Shown in pieces: positions 25,242 to 34,997 of a stretch of 64,000 nucleotides of DNA. Position numbers and translations under genes: made by a program. The stretch lies in contig JAFSMU010000030.1 of NCBI GenBank assembly GCA_017447775.1, positions 21,872-85,871 on the forward strand, read 5' to 3'. The notes below the pieces were generated by a model. The model made no database searches. It worked only from the letters and a program-made list of their open reading frames with translations, and had not been told where the DNA came from. The DNA is from Clostridia bacterium. GTDB lineage: Bacteria > Bacillota > Clostridia > Oscillospirales > CAG-272. Numbering within the stretch: the first letter of the stretch is position 1; the number at the start of each line of letters is the position of its first letter.

Positions 25242-25517
25242 ATGTACGAGGACAAAACTTTAATTTGCAAGGACTGTGGCAAAGAGTTCGTATTCACCGC
25301 AGGTGAGCAGGAATTCTATGCTGAAAAGGGCTTCCAGAACGAGCCGCAGAGATGCAAGGAATGCCGTGTTGCAAGAAAGAACGCAGCTAAACCCGCCCGC
25401 GAACTGTTTACGGCAGTTTGCGCTAAATGCGGAAAAGAAGCTAAAATTCCTTTCGAGCCGAAGAGCGACAAACCGGTTTATTGCAGCGAGTGCTTCGCAG
25501 CAATGAAGCAGGCATAA
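25242..25517 (+). CDS. Zinc-ribbon protein (two CxxC...CxxC knuckle pairs)
   Basis: The first pair is CKDCGKEFVFTAGEQEFYAEKGFQNEPQRCKEC. The second pair is CAKCGKEAKIPFEPKSDKPVYCSEC. 91 aa. Confidence 0.8.
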   Translation: MYEDKTLICKDCGKEFVFTAGEQEFYAEKGFQNEPQRCKECRVARKNAAKPARELFTAVCAKCGKEAKIPFEPKSDKPVYCSECFAAMKQA

Positions 25518-25532
25518 TTCAGTCAAAAATGC

Positions 25533-25560
25533 AAGCCTCCGTTAATTCGGAGGCTTTTTC
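25533..25560 (+). terminator. Rho-independent terminator
   Basis: agcctccgttaattcggaggcttttt. Confidence 0.75.
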
Positions 25561-25643
25561 TTATGAAAATTTACAATTATGAGATTGACTCAAAGGCAAT
25601 ATTGTGATATATTAAGTATATAATAAAAATATACGGTGGTAAA

Positions 25644-26201
25644 ATGAAATTTCTTAAAATTACACTTGTTATCATACTGGTATTTGCGTCTGCCGTCGCA
25701 ATTGTTTCGTGCGGCAAAAACGACGACGCGCCGAAGGATATGCAAAGGGCGAGCAGCGAGTTCGTAAATTACGTTCTTTTCGTTCCGAAAACGTGGACAG
25801 TCGACAAAACGGACGGCGTTATTTCCGCATACGTTGCCGACGATAAAAGCAACGTCAGCGTAACGACTTTCACGCCAACGCGCTCATACGACAGCGTTGT
25901 CGACTATACGGAAGAATACCTTAAAACACTCGAAAAGACGTATGTCGGGTATGAGTATATTGAAAAGGAAAGCCTTATCCCGACAGCCGAAAAGCTTGAA
26001 ACGGGCATAACGCTCGGCGGCGTTAACGCCACTCGCCTTGTTTACAAGCTCAGCCAAGGCGACACGGTCTACAAAATAATGCAGGTCATAATATCCGCCA
26101 AGGGATACGTTTACACTCTGACCTACACTGCCCTTGCCGATAAATACGACGCGCACGTCGACGACGTTGCGAAAATCATCGCGGAGTTCAAATTCAAATA
26201 A
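25644..26201 (+). CDS. Lipoprotein of unknown function
   Basis: The signal peptide plus lipobox is MKFLKITLVIILVFASAVAIVSC. 185 aa. Confidence 0.75.
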   Translation: MKFLKITLVIILVFASAVAIVSCGKNDDAPKDMQRASSEFVNYVLFVPKTWTVDKTDGVISAYVADDKSNVSVTTFTPTRSYDSVVDYTEEYLKTLEKTYVGYEYIEKESLIPTAEKLETGITLGGVNATRLVYKLSQGDTVYKIMQVIISAKGYVYTLTYTALADKYDAHVDDVAKIIAEFKFK

Positions 26202-26202
26202 A

Positions 26203-27372
26203 ATGACGATACACTATCTTGACAATAGCGCGACGACTCCGCTTTGCGACGCTGCGAAAGCGGCGATCGAAAAGACGGCAAACGATATTTTCGGCAACCC
26301 GTCGTCCCTTCATACGATAGGAGTCGACGCCGAAAGCGCCGTTGAAGCGGCACGTGCGGACATTCTTCGCGCAATGGGATTTCATAATTCTGACGGGACG
26401 CTGATTTTCACATCCGGAGGAACAGAAGCCGCCAACCTCGCCATTATCGGATGTGCAACGGCAAAAGCGCGTAATAAAGGCAAAACGGTGATCGTCGGCG
26501 AAACGGAACACGACTGCGTGCTGAAATCAGCCGATCATTTGTCAACGCTCGGATATAAAGTCGTGAAAATCCCGTCGCCCGACGGCGTGTGGGATATGGA
26601 AAAATACCTTGCAGCGCTTGACGAAAACGTAATACTTGTATCAGCAATGCTTGTAAACAACGAAACGGGCGCTGTAAACGATATAAACGAGATTGCAAGA
26701 GCCGCGCGCGCGGCGTCCCCCGGTGTGCTTGTGCATACTGACGCGGTTCAAGGGTTTTTGAAGCTCGACGGAAGGCTTTCCGATCTTGACGTCGATATGA
26801 TCAGCATAAGCGGCCATAAGATCGGCGCCCCGAAAGGTGTAGGCGCTCTTTACATAAAAAACAGCGTTATAAAATCGCGCTCCATTGCGCCGATCGTTTT
26901 CGGCGGCGGGCAGGAAAAGGGGCTGCGCTCGGGAACCGAAAATACGATCGGCATCTGTGCTTTCGGCGCGGCGGCAAAATACGGCAAGGAAAACCTTAGT
27001 AAAAACCTTTTGCATATCGCTTCCCTGCGCGAAAGACTCATAAGCGGACTTTGCGACGTCGACGGCATCCGCCTGAACGTTCCGAAGACGCAATTTTGCG
27101 CGCAAAACATCCTCAACATGACCGTTTTCGGCATAAGAAGCGAAACAATGCTCCACCACCTTTCAAGCTACGGTGTGTTCGTTTCAAGCGGATCGGCGTG
27201 CGCGTCGAACACCGGACACAGCTCGCAGGCGCTTTTATCATTCGGACTTCCCGAAAAAGAAGCCGGCGAATCCATTCGCGTAAGCCTCGGCGTTCAGAAC
27301 ACGGAGGACGATATCGACGCGTTCATATCCGCCCTTAAAGACGGAATATCGAAGCTTGTGCGTCGGAGGTGA
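26203..27372 (+). CDS. Cysteine desulfurase (NifS/IscS class V aminotransferase)
   Basis: Trimmed to the ATG at 26203: MTIHYLDNSATTP. The PLP lysine is in SISGHKIGAPKGVGALY, and the active-site Cys is in SSGSACAS. Confidence 0.9.
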   Translation: MTIHYLDNSATTPLCDAAKAAIEKTANDIFGNPSSLHTIGVDAESAVEAARADILRAMGFHNSDGTLIFTSGGTEAANLAIIGCATAKARNKGKTVIVGETEHDCVLKSADHLSTLGYKVVKIPSPDGVWDMEKYLAALDENVILVSAMLVNNETGAVNDINEIARAARAASPGVLVHTDAVQGFLKLDGRLSDLDVDMISISGHKIGAPKGVGALYIKNSVIKSRSIAPIVFGGGQEKGLRSGTENTIGICAFGAAAKYGKENLSKNLLHIASLRERLISGLCDVDGIRLNVPKTQFCAQNILNMTVFGIRSETMLHHLSSYGVFVSSGSACASNTGHSSQALLSFGLPEKEAGESIRVSLGVQNTEDDIDAFISALKDGISKLVRRR

Positions 27373-27376
27373 ATTT

Positions 27377-27802
27377 ATGATAATTACGACTCATTCGACG
27401 GCACAGACCGAAAGCGCGGGAGAAATGATCGCAAAAACGCTTCACCGCGGCGATTTTGTCGCCATGTTCGGCGATCTCGGCGTCGGGAAAACGGCATTTG
27501 TACGCGGCATGGCAAAGTATCTCTGCCCCGGAGCGAGAGTTCAAAGCCCGACGTACACGATAGTCAACGAATATCGCGGTTCGATCCCGCTTTATCATTT
27601 TGATATGTACCGGATCGACGGCGAGGAAACGCTTTACGCGACAGGATTTTTCGATTATATCGATAACGGGATCTGCGTTGCGGAGTGGTGCGAAAATATA
27701 GGCCCGTACATACCCGATCGCTCGGTGATCGTCAAAATCGAAAAAGATCCCTCGGGAAACGACACTGAGCTCAGAACAATAACTATAGAGGACAGAAGAT
27801 GA
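27377..27802 (+). CDS. tsaE: tRNA t6A37 biosynthesis ATPase TsaE
   Basis: Trimmed to the ATG at 27377, with GGAGGTG upstream. Motifs are GDLGVGKTAFVRG (P-loop), SPTYTIVNEY and YHFDMYRI. Confidence 0.9.
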   Translation: MIITTHSTAQTESAGEMIAKTLHRGDFVAMFGDLGVGKTAFVRGMAKYLCPGARVQSPTYTIVNEYRGSIPLYHFDMYRIDGEETLYATGFFDYIDNGICVAEWCENIGPYIPDRSVIVKIEKDPSGNDTELRTITIEDRR

Positions 27803-28518
27803 AAATACTTGCAATTGACACATCGGCAAAAACGGCGAGCGCCGCTGTCTGCGACGGAACACGTCTGCTTTCGATTTACACGCAAAACGTTGGACTGACG
27901 CAAAGCGAAACGATGCTTCCGATGGTTGAATCGATACTGCGCGACTCGAAAATTTCAGTTGACGATATCGACGCCCTCGCCTGCACGACGGGGCCGGGAT
28001 CGTTCACCGGCGTGAGGATAGGCGTTTCCGTTGTGAAAGGACTTGCATTCGGCAAGGAAAAGATATGTATCGGCGTTTCATCTCTGAAATCCCTTTCCTA
28101 CAACGTTGATAATACCGACGCGCTTATCGTTCCGGTCATGGACGCACGCGCCGACAGGCTTTATTGCGCCGCTTTTGAAATAAACGGCGGAAAGCGGAAG
28201 AGGGTTCTCGATGACGACGTGATGACGGTCGGCGAGCTTGAACAAAAACTCGCTGCTATCGGGCGTGACGTTATATTTGTCGGCGACGGAAGAAATATCG
28301 CAAAGAAAATGACTCGCGTCAGCTTTGTTGAAGCTCCGTATCTCCTATCCGACGCAAACGGATATTCTGTCGCGATGGCGGCGCTTGACGAATACGAAAA
28401 TGCCGATGATAACGCAAAAAAAGCGTTTACCGATATGAATTTATGCCCTGTTTACCTGCGTCCGTCGCAGGCCGAAAGGACGCTTGTCGAAAAGGAGAAA
28501 CAAAATGGAAAAAATTAA
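27799..28518 (+). CDS. tsaB: tRNA t6A37 biosynthesis protein TsaB (YeaZ)
   Basis: MKILAIDTSAKTASAAV...TTGPGSFTGVRIGVSVVKGLA. It overlaps tsaE by 4 nt. Confidence 0.9.
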   Translation: MKILAIDTSAKTASAAVCDGTRLLSIYTQNVGLTQSETMLPMVESILRDSKISVDDIDALACTTGPGSFTGVRIGVSVVKGLAFGKEKICIGVSSLKSLSYNVDNTDALIVPVMDARADRLYCAAFEINGGKRKRVLDDDVMTVGELEQKLAAIGRDVIFVGDGRNIAKKMTRVSFVEAPYLLSDANGYSVAMAALDEYENADDNAKKAFTDMNLCPVYLRPSQAERTLVEKEKQNGKN

Positions 28519-28948
28519 GATCGCTCTCGGCGCCGACCACGCCGGATATGCGTATAAGGCAAAATTTATAGAATACCTCACATCCCTCGGGTATGAGTGC
28601 GTAAACTGCGGGACAGACAGTGCCGAGAGCGTTGACTATCCGATATACGCCGATAAGGTATGCAAGCAGGTAACGGATGAGGGCTGCAAGTTCGGCATTC
28701 TGATATGCGGCACGGGGATCGGAATGAGCATGGCGGCAAACAAACACCACGCCATACGCGCCGCCCTTTGCGGCGACGTCGAGTCCGCAAAGCTGACGAG
28801 AATGCACAACGACGCAAACGTCCTCTGCCTCGGCGCAAGGATAATCGATTACGACAAGGCAAAGGAAATTCTCGACGCTTTTCTCGGCCAGTCTTTCATG
28901 GGCGAGCACCACATTCGCCGCGTAAAAATGCTTGACGAATTGATTTAA
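28505..28948 (+). CDS. rpiB: Ribose-5-phosphate isomerase B
   Basis: Trimmed to the ATG at 28505, with AAGGAG upstream. The sequence is MEKIKIALGADHAGYAYK...ILICGTGIGMSMAANK...NDANVLCLGAR. Confidence 0.92.
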   Translation: MEKIKIALGADHAGYAYKAKFIEYLTSLGYECVNCGTDSAESVDYPIYADKVCKQVTDEGCKFGILICGTGIGMSMAANKHHAIRAALCGDVESAKLTRMHNDANVLCLGARIIDYDKAKEILDAFLGQSFMGEHHIRRVKMLDELI

Positions 28949-29021
28949 TACTTTATTATACAAATTTTTGTCAAATTATCTGTTATTATATACAAAAATT
29001 TTGGGAATACAAATAATATTA

Positions 29022-29051
29022 TTGACATCTATCACCGTTTTGTGATATAAT
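29022..29051 (+). promoter_or_regulatory. Sigma-A-type promoter for the surface-protein gene
   Basis: TTGACA (29022-29027), an 18-nt spacer and TATAAT (29046-29051). AT-rich direct repeats TTATTATA(TA)CAAA(AA)TTTTG lie upstream at about 28955-29003. Confidence 0.45.
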
Positions 29052-29110
29052 TTTATAAACCAAAAAAGGTGAAATAAAAAATTTATATATTTCAGAAAGG
29101 AAACAATCAA

Positions 29111-31234
29111 ATGAAAAAGATTTTAGCAACGCTTATTGCTGTTATCTTCATCATCAGCGCTTTCTCTGTTCTTGCTTTTGCGGCTGAAACAGCAGAAGGA
29201 CATCCGCTCACGCTCGATATGTACGGCGGCTATCTGAAGAGCTATTCAGGTCTTGATTTCAGCAATGAAAACAACATCTGGACCGTATACGACGAGGACA
29301 GCGGCAAATGGGTATACAGCGAAAAGTACAGCCAGTTCCTCACTGACGGCACGTACAATTCCAAAACAGGCAAGCTTGAAAACGTAACGAAGATGTACTA
29401 CTCTATCTTCGACGACGACGAGGGTATATATCAGATTCTTATCGACGGCGAATGGGTTGAAGAAGACTGGGATTACCCGGACAACAACGATCTTATCAAG
29501 ATCCCCGCAAGCCCGTATATTTCCTCGCTCGGCAAAGATTACCTCGGCTCAGGAAGCAAAACAAGACTTGAGTGGGAAGTCAGCCCCGACGGCGAGTACA
29601 TCACTTTCAAATCCGTAAGCACGAGCGCAAGCCCCGGTATCGCATTTGAAATTGACGAATCCAGAAAATATTTCACCATTGGTAAAGAAACCGATGAAGA
29701 CGGCACAACTCACGAAGCAAAACCGCACGCTGAATATGCGGCTATCAGAGTAAGAAACCGTTCGTCGGCTTCCCTGTTCTCCTTTGCAGTTGTTACATCC
29801 AGCACAAACGGCGGTAACGCTTTTACGGGAAGAGCATTCTTTGATTACAAAGACGAAAGCTACAAATCCAACTCCGGCGAATGGGAAACATACATTATAA
29901 ATATGGCTCAGATCGCCGCTGACAACAACGAAAACTCCGCTTGGAACTCCAATCTCCGCGCTCTCGCGATCTTCCCGTTCGGTTACGGAAAGACAGACGG
30001 CACAGGCGCGTACAACGGTGCCGAAATCGACATCGATTATATCGTGATCGGTTCCAAGGAATACTGCGAAAACTACAAGAGCGAACTTCAGAAAGAAGAA
30101 GAGAGCGTTTCTTCCATTAAGCTCATCAGCGAACCGACGAAGAAAGACTACCGCGTTGGCGATACACTCGACCTTTCCGGACTTGTTATCGAAGCTACAT
30201 ACGATGACGGCAGAGTTGAAGAAATCACAGACTGCGGCGCTTCTTATGACTTCACAACGGCTCCCGAGAGCGGCAAGACAACAGTTACTCTTAAATACGG
30301 CACAAAGACAACTCCTATCACATACGAAGTAAACATTTCCGGTATCAAGTCCGTTTCCATCAACGGCATCGACGCTGATGAAAAACCGTATCCGACATCA
30401 TTTGAAATCTCAAAGGTTGCCAACGGCATAACGGCTGAACTCATAAAAGGCCTTACCCTGACTGTTGAATATGAAGACGGATATGTAGACGACAAATATA
30501 CGCCCACATCGAGAAACTGCGAGCTTTCCGGCAAGGAAGCAGGCACTCAGGTCGTTACCGTTAACCTTTACGGAACAAAAGCTTCTTATTCGGTTAACGT
30601 CATCAACGTTTCTTCCATTACGGTAAACGGCGTTAAAAAGACTGTCCACTATGGCGAAACGATTGAAAAAGGCGATCTTGACATTACTTGCGTATATTCC
30701 GACGGCAGCGAGAAGTCCATTAGCGATGCAGGACTTGTTGACAGTATCACGGATATCACGTATTCAACAAAGACAGCCGGCGAAACGGAAATTTCCGTTA
30801 CCGTTGTAAACGAAGCATACGGCGTTAACATCACAGGCACAGGCAAGATGACTGTTGAAACACCGAAGGCTCTTGTTGTAAAGAGCAACCCCACAAAGAC
30901 AACGTACACTCCGGGCGACACGCTTGACACAACAGGTCTTGTTCTCGCTTACACGTACGAAGACGGCGCAGAGAGAGAAGTTGCGATTGCCGACGTCGAC
31001 AAACCGAAGTACGACTTCTCCGAACCGGGCGAAAAGACAGTTACGATCACATCCGGCAGCCTCAGCGCTACGTTTACCGTAACAGTTGACGGTACGGCTC
31101 CCACAAGACCGGCATCGTCATCCAAACCCGCATCAAGCGGCGGTTGCGGTTCCTTCATTGGAGCAGGCGCAATAGCTGTAATTGCATGTGCAACGGCGGC
31201 AGGCGTTGTAATCTGCAAGAAGAAAGACAACTGA
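29111..31234 (+). CDS. Cell-surface protein: signal peptide, ~310-aa unknown N-domain, four Ig-like (Big_3-like) repeats, C-terminal TM anchor
   Basis: The signal peptide is MKKILATLIAVIFIISAFSVLAFA. There are four repeats of about 85 aa, e.g. KKDYRVGDTLDLSGLVIEATYDDGRVEEI...TVTLKYG and KTTYTPGDTLDTTGLVLAYTYEDGAEREV...TVTITSG. The C-terminus is a TM helix followed by KKKDN, with no LPXTG. Confidence 0.85.
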   Translation: MKKILATLIAVIFIISAFSVLAFAAETAEGHPLTLDMYGGYLKSYSGLDFSNENNIWTVYDEDSGKWVYSEKYSQFLTDGTYNSKTGKLENVTKMYYSIFDDDEGIYQILIDGEWVEEDWDYPDNNDLIKIPASPYISSLGKDYLGSGSKTRLEWEVSPDGEYITFKSVSTSASPGIAFEIDESRKYFTIGKETDEDGTTHEAKPHAEYAAIRVRNRSSASLFSFAVVTSSTNGGNAFTGRAFFDYKDESYKSNSGEWETYIINMAQIAADNNENSAWNSNLRALAIFPFGYGKTDGTGAYNGAEIDIDYIVIGSKEYCENYKSELQKEEESVSSIKLISEPTKKDYRVGDTLDLSGLVIEATYDDGRVEEITDCGASYDFTTAPESGKTTVTLKYGTKTTPITYEVNISGIKSVSINGIDADEKPYPTSFEISKVANGITAELIKGLTLTVEYEDGYVDDKYTPTSRNCELSGKEAGTQVVTVNLYGTKASYSVNVINVSSITVNGVKKTVHYGETIEKGDLDITCVYSDGSEKSISDAGLVDSITDITYSTKTAGETEISVTVVNEAYGVNITGTGKMTVETPKALVVKSNPTKTTYTPGDTLDTTGLVLAYTYEDGAEREVAIADVDKPKYDFSEPGEKTVTITSGSLSATFTVTVDGTAPTRPASSSKPASSGGCGSFIGAGAIAVIACATAAGVVICKKKDN

Positions 31235-31247
31235 TATTTTAATGCTT

Positions 31248-31287
31248 GTACCCTTGCCGATAACATCGGCAAGGGTACATTTTTTTG
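31248..31287 (+). terminator. Rho-independent terminator
   Basis: gtacccttgccgat-aac-atcggcaagggtac followed by T7. Confidence 0.85.
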
Positions 31288-31297
31288 AAGGTGAGAT

Positions 31298-32065
31298 ATG
31301 TATCCGTATGCACTTTTCGGCGACATAACGCTTTACGAGGTATTTTTATCCCTCGGCGTTGTTTGCGCGCTTGTTGTGTTCAGAATAATGGCGGACAAGC
31401 TGAAAATAGGCGCAAAGCTGTTCAATTTTACGCTTATTTGCGGATTGTGCGCGATCGCAAGCGGTATCTTTTTCGCCGTTTTCGTTCAAGCGCTCTACAA
31501 TATTGCCGACAGAGGTGCATTCATTATAGATAAGGATACGGGCGCAACGTTTGCAGGCGGTCTTATCGGCGGTGCGGCGGTATTCTTTATCATTTATTTC
31601 ATCTTCGGGAAAAAAGCGGACAAAAACTATAAAAATCAGCTTTGGAAAATCATCGAATGCGGCGCGTGTGCAATTCCGGCAGCGCACTCGCTCGGGCGGA
31701 TCGGCTGTCTTATGGCGGGGTGCTGTCACGGGCAAAAGACCGATTCTTTTATCGGGATCTATATGCACAATCTCGGTTACAAGGCTGTTCCCACACAGCT
31801 TTTTGAGGCGGTATTCCTTGCGATCCTCGCGGCCGCTTTGATCGTTCTTACCGTAAAAAAAGGGCGCTATGCGATGGTCGTTTACCTTATATCATACGGT
31901 GTGTGGCGTTTCTTTATCGAATTTATCAGGGACGATTACAGGGGCGAATCGCTCGTTCCGTTCCTGACGCCATCGCAGCTTATTGCCTTGCTGATGATCA
32001 TCGGCGGGATCGTGCTTTTGGCGCTTACACGTCGGCACGTAAAGATGGCGGTGCAAAATGAGTAA
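31298..32065 (+). CDS. lgt: Prolipoprotein diacylglyceryl transferase
   Basis: GRIGCLMAGCCHG, PTQLFEAVFL and IEFIRDDYRG, on a multi-pass membrane profile. Confidence 0.9.
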   Translation: MYPYALFGDITLYEVFLSLGVVCALVVFRIMADKLKIGAKLFNFTLICGLCAIASGIFFAVFVQALYNIADRGAFIIDKDTGATFAGGLIGGAAVFFIIYFIFGKKADKNYKNQLWKIIECGACAIPAAHSLGRIGCLMAGCCHGQKTDSFIGIYMHNLGYKAVPTQLFEAVFLAILAAALIVLTVKKGRYAMVVYLISYGVWRFFIEFIRDDYRGESLVPFLTPSQLIALLMIIGGIVLLALTRRHVKMAVQNE

Positions 32066-32843
32066 GATCAGCAGAAAAACGTGCATTATTGCGCTTATGA
32101 TCGCTGTTTTGGCATTGACTGCGATAGAAATAATAAAACCTTCGCCGTTTGATGACGCCGAAATAAACAGATCGTTTCAAGCGATTATTTCTCGCGCTGT
32201 CGGCGCAGCTTTGTTCATTTTGATCGCCATATATCTCGGTTACGATATTTTCGGATTAAAAAAGGCGATAAACAAAAAAGCGCTGTTCGCGCTTCCCTGC
32301 CTCATTGTCGCGCTGAACAATTTGCCATACGTCGCGCTTATGCGCGGGGACGCAATGATAACAGGCGCGCCTGCCGAGATCTATTTTTTCATTTTGGAAT
32401 GTATATTCGTCGCACTGTTTGAAGAAGTTGCATTTCGCGGAGTGCTGTATCTTACTTTGCAGAAAGGACGAACAACGCGGCGCGGACTGTTCTTTTCTGT
32501 AATCGTTTCATCGGTCGTGTTCGGGCTGTTCCATTTGATAAATCTGTTTTACGGCGCGTCGATCGGACAAACGGCGCTTCAAGTCGGGTATTCGTTCCTT
32601 GTCGGATGTATGTGCGCCTTTGTACTTATTAAAACAGGCAGTATATGGTACTGCGTTATTATTCACGCAATTTATAACTTCTGCGGGCAGATAGTTTCCC
32701 GTCTGGGTGCGGGAGAGATGCTGAACGCACCGCAAATTATCATCACAGTCATAATTTCACTTTTGTGCGCTATTTATATAGTGATCATCTTATTCAAGTC
32801 AACGCCTGACGACGTTGGAGGATTTTATATTTCAAAGGAGTAA
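32058..32843 (+). CDS. CPBP-family intramembrane glutamic endopeptidase (CAAX protease-like)
   Basis: Motifs FEEVAFRGVLY, FGLFHL and HAIYNF. It overlaps lgt by 8 nt. Confidence 0.88.
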   Translation: MSKISRKTCIIALMIAVLALTAIEIIKPSPFDDAEINRSFQAIISRAVGAALFILIAIYLGYDIFGLKKAINKKALFALPCLIVALNNLPYVALMRGDAMITGAPAEIYFFILECIFVALFEEVAFRGVLYLTLQKGRTTRRGLFFSVIVSSVVFGLFHLINLFYGASIGQTALQVGYSFLVGCMCAFVLIKTGSIWYCVIIHAIYNFCGQIVSRLGAGEMLNAPQIIITVIISLLCAIYIVIILFKSTPDDVGGFYISKE

Positions 32844-32845
32844 AA

Positions 32846-34198
32846 ATGGGACAGGCTACAATTATTTCACTTATCATTTTTGCGGCGACATATGTGCTTA
32901 TGCTCGCCTTTCAGAAGGCGCGCCCGTATATCGTGCTTGCGTCGGCGGCGATTTTCGTTCTTATCGGTACAACCGGCTGGATTTCGGGGTTTTCATACTC
33001 ATTTGTCGACGCTGTATCGCAGATAGACTGGAACGTTCTTATGATGATAGCCGGCACGATGGGACTTGTGTACCTTTTCATCGAGTCGAAAATGCCGCAG
33101 CTTATCTCCGACGTGCTTATTTCAAAAGTGCCCGACGTGCGTGCCGCGGTAATTGTTCTGTCACTATTTGCCGGAATAATATCCGCGTTTGTGGATAACG
33201 TCGCAACGGTCATTATGATTGCGCCTGTCGCGATCTCGTTTTGCAAAAAGCTGAATATTTCGCCCGTTCCGGCGATAATCTGCATTGCCATATCGTCAAA
33301 TTTACAGGGCGCGGCAACACTTGTCGGAGATACGACGTCAATTCTTCTCGGCAAGGCGGCAAACCTTGATTTCTTCGACTTTTTCTGGGACGAGGGACGG
33401 CTCGGAATGTTCTTTGTCGTTCAGCTTGGCGCAATTGCGGCGACGCTTGTCATCGCTTGGCTGTTCCGCAAGCAAAATCAAAAGATCGATATGCACGAGC
33501 GCACGGAAGTAAAGGATAAAGTGCCGACGGTTCTTCTCCTTTTAGCCATAGCAACGCTTATCGCGGCGTCTTTCATTCCATACAAATCAAACGCCGCAGA
33601 AGGACAGTTCTACAAACCTGAAATAACAAACGGACTTATCTGTATGTTCTATTTTATCGTAGGACTTGTTTACAAAGTGATAAAAACAAAGAAATTCGAT
33701 ATCGTCAAAAACGCCCTCAAAGAAATAGACTATTATACAATAGTTCTTCTTGCGGGATTGTTTATCGTCATCGGCGGAATTACGGAAGCCGGCGTTATCG
33801 ATTGGCTCGGCCAGACGATTTCAAAAGCAGGCGGCAGCGGCGGGTCCGTGTTCCTTGTCTATACGATAATAGTCTGGGCGTCCGTTCTTCTTTCCGCGTT
33901 CGTTGATAACATTCCGTACACGGCGACGATGCTGCCCGTTGTCGCGGTAATTGCGAACACGCTGTCAACGTCAGTCGGTTCGGTAAATCCAAAGCTCCTT
34001 TACTACGGATTGCTTGTCGGCGCAACACTCGGCGGAAATCTGACGCCTATCGGCGCATCGGCAAATATCGCCGGGATCGGAATCCTTCGCAAAGGGGGAT
34101 ATGAGGTAAAATCGGGCGAGTTTATGAAATACGGCATACCGATAACACTTGCCGCAGTTGTCACGGGGTATCTTCTCGTGTGGGCGATCTGGTCATAA
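32846..34198 (+). CDS. ArsB/NhaD-superfamily (SLC13/citrate-transporter-like) anion permease
   Basis: 450 aa with about 12 TM segments and the family's typical N- and C-terminal halves (IAISSNLQGAATLVGDTTSILL; GATLGGNLTPIGASANI). Confidence 0.75.
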   Translation: MGQATIISLIIFAATYVLMLAFQKARPYIVLASAAIFVLIGTTGWISGFSYSFVDAVSQIDWNVLMMIAGTMGLVYLFIESKMPQLISDVLISKVPDVRAAVIVLSLFAGIISAFVDNVATVIMIAPVAISFCKKLNISPVPAIICIAISSNLQGAATLVGDTTSILLGKAANLDFFDFFWDEGRLGMFFVVQLGAIAATLVIAWLFRKQNQKIDMHERTEVKDKVPTVLLLLAIATLIAASFIPYKSNAAEGQFYKPEITNGLICMFYFIVGLVYKVIKTKKFDIVKNALKEIDYYTIVLLAGLFIVIGGITEAGVIDWLGQTISKAGGSGGSVFLVYTIIVWASVLLSAFVDNIPYTATMLPVVAVIANTLSTSVGSVNPKLLYYGLLVGATLGGNLTPIGASANIAGIGILRKGGYEVKSGEFMKYGIPITLAAVVTGYLLVWAIWS

Positions 34199-34226
34199 AA
34201 AAAGCAGGCTATGCCTGCTTTTTTAT
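34197..34226. terminator. Bidirectional rho-independent terminator between convergent genes
   Basis: aaaaaaagcaggctatgcctgctttttt. Confidence 0.85.
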
Positions 34227-34573
34227 TTATTGTCTGCCGCTTCATCCGTTTTTTTCGGAAATTCGCTTAGTCCCACAACACTGTCGACCGGAAGCGAAAA
34301 CGCGATTCCCTGTCCCGCGGTGTTAAGTCCGACTGATTTATACAGCGCATGAAGCACCGCGTCGCGTATTTCCGACTTTACTATTATCATCACGACCTCT
34401 TTTTCGGGCTGAACAACTATTCCAAAAGCCTTTTCGGCTTCGCTGTTTGCGGTTCCGCGCGCGTGAATAACAGTGCCGCCGCCGGCTCCCGCTTCCCTTG
34501 CCGCGTCCATAACCGTATCGGTAAATCCCGCATTTACAATGCAAAAAATAACTTCGTGGTCAAATTTTTTCAT
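34223..34573 (-). CDS. P-II-like signal-transduction protein (116 aa)
   Basis: It has the ferredoxin-like beta-alpha-beta pattern. The B-loop-like C-terminal motif is TAGQGIAFSLPVDSVVG, where canonical P-II has GDGKIFV.PV. The T-loop region is RGTANSEAEKAFG. Confidence 0.7.
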   Translation of the reverse strand: MKKFDHEVIFCIVNAGFTDTVMDAAREAGAGGGTVIHARGTANSEAEKAFGIVVQPEKEVVMIIVKSEIRDAVLHALYKSVGLNTAGQGIAFSLPVDSVVGLSEFPKKTDEAADNK

Positions 34574-34582
34574 ATCACAACC

Positions 34583-34987
34583 TCATTTCTGATCGCTCAA
34601 AAACCTGTATGCCGCAACACCGATCACGGATGACATCGGAACGGTAAACGCTATACCGCGCCCGTTTTTAACTGTTGAAAACTTTTCTTCGAGAAATTTC
34701 AGCGCCGACGCGCTGTTGTCCTCGCGCACTACCCCGACGACAACAGCCTTATCCGAATCGGAAAGGCCGATGCGTTCAAGCATCTCAGAGCTTGCCGTAC
34801 CGTCGGCGGAAAGGATCAGCGATGCGTTTATGCCGTACGATTGAAGCAGCGCCGCATAAAGCTCGGCACGCTGGCGCGGAATGATCAAAAAAAGCACTTT
34901 AAGCTTCGGCGGCGTCGGCTTTTGTTCCTGCCTTCTTTGAGGGGATTTTTTCGGCTTTTTTTCCGACTTTATTTCGTTTTCGTCCAT
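34583..34987 (-). CDS. P-II-like protein with a Lys/Pro/Gln-rich N-terminal extension (134 aa)
   Basis: The core is LKVLFLIIPRQRAELYAALLQSYGI...NGRGIAFTVPMSSVIG. The N-terminal ~30 aa are MDENEIKSEKKPKKSPQRRQEQKPTPPK. Confidence 0.65.
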   Translation of the reverse strand: MDENEIKSEKKPKKSPQRRQEQKPTPPKLKVLFLIIPRQRAELYAALLQSYGINASLILSADGTASSEMLERIGLSDSDKAVVVGVVREDNSASALKFLEEKFSTVKNGRGIAFTVPMSSVIGVAAYRFLSDQK

Positions 34988-34997
34988 GCCGTCCTCC

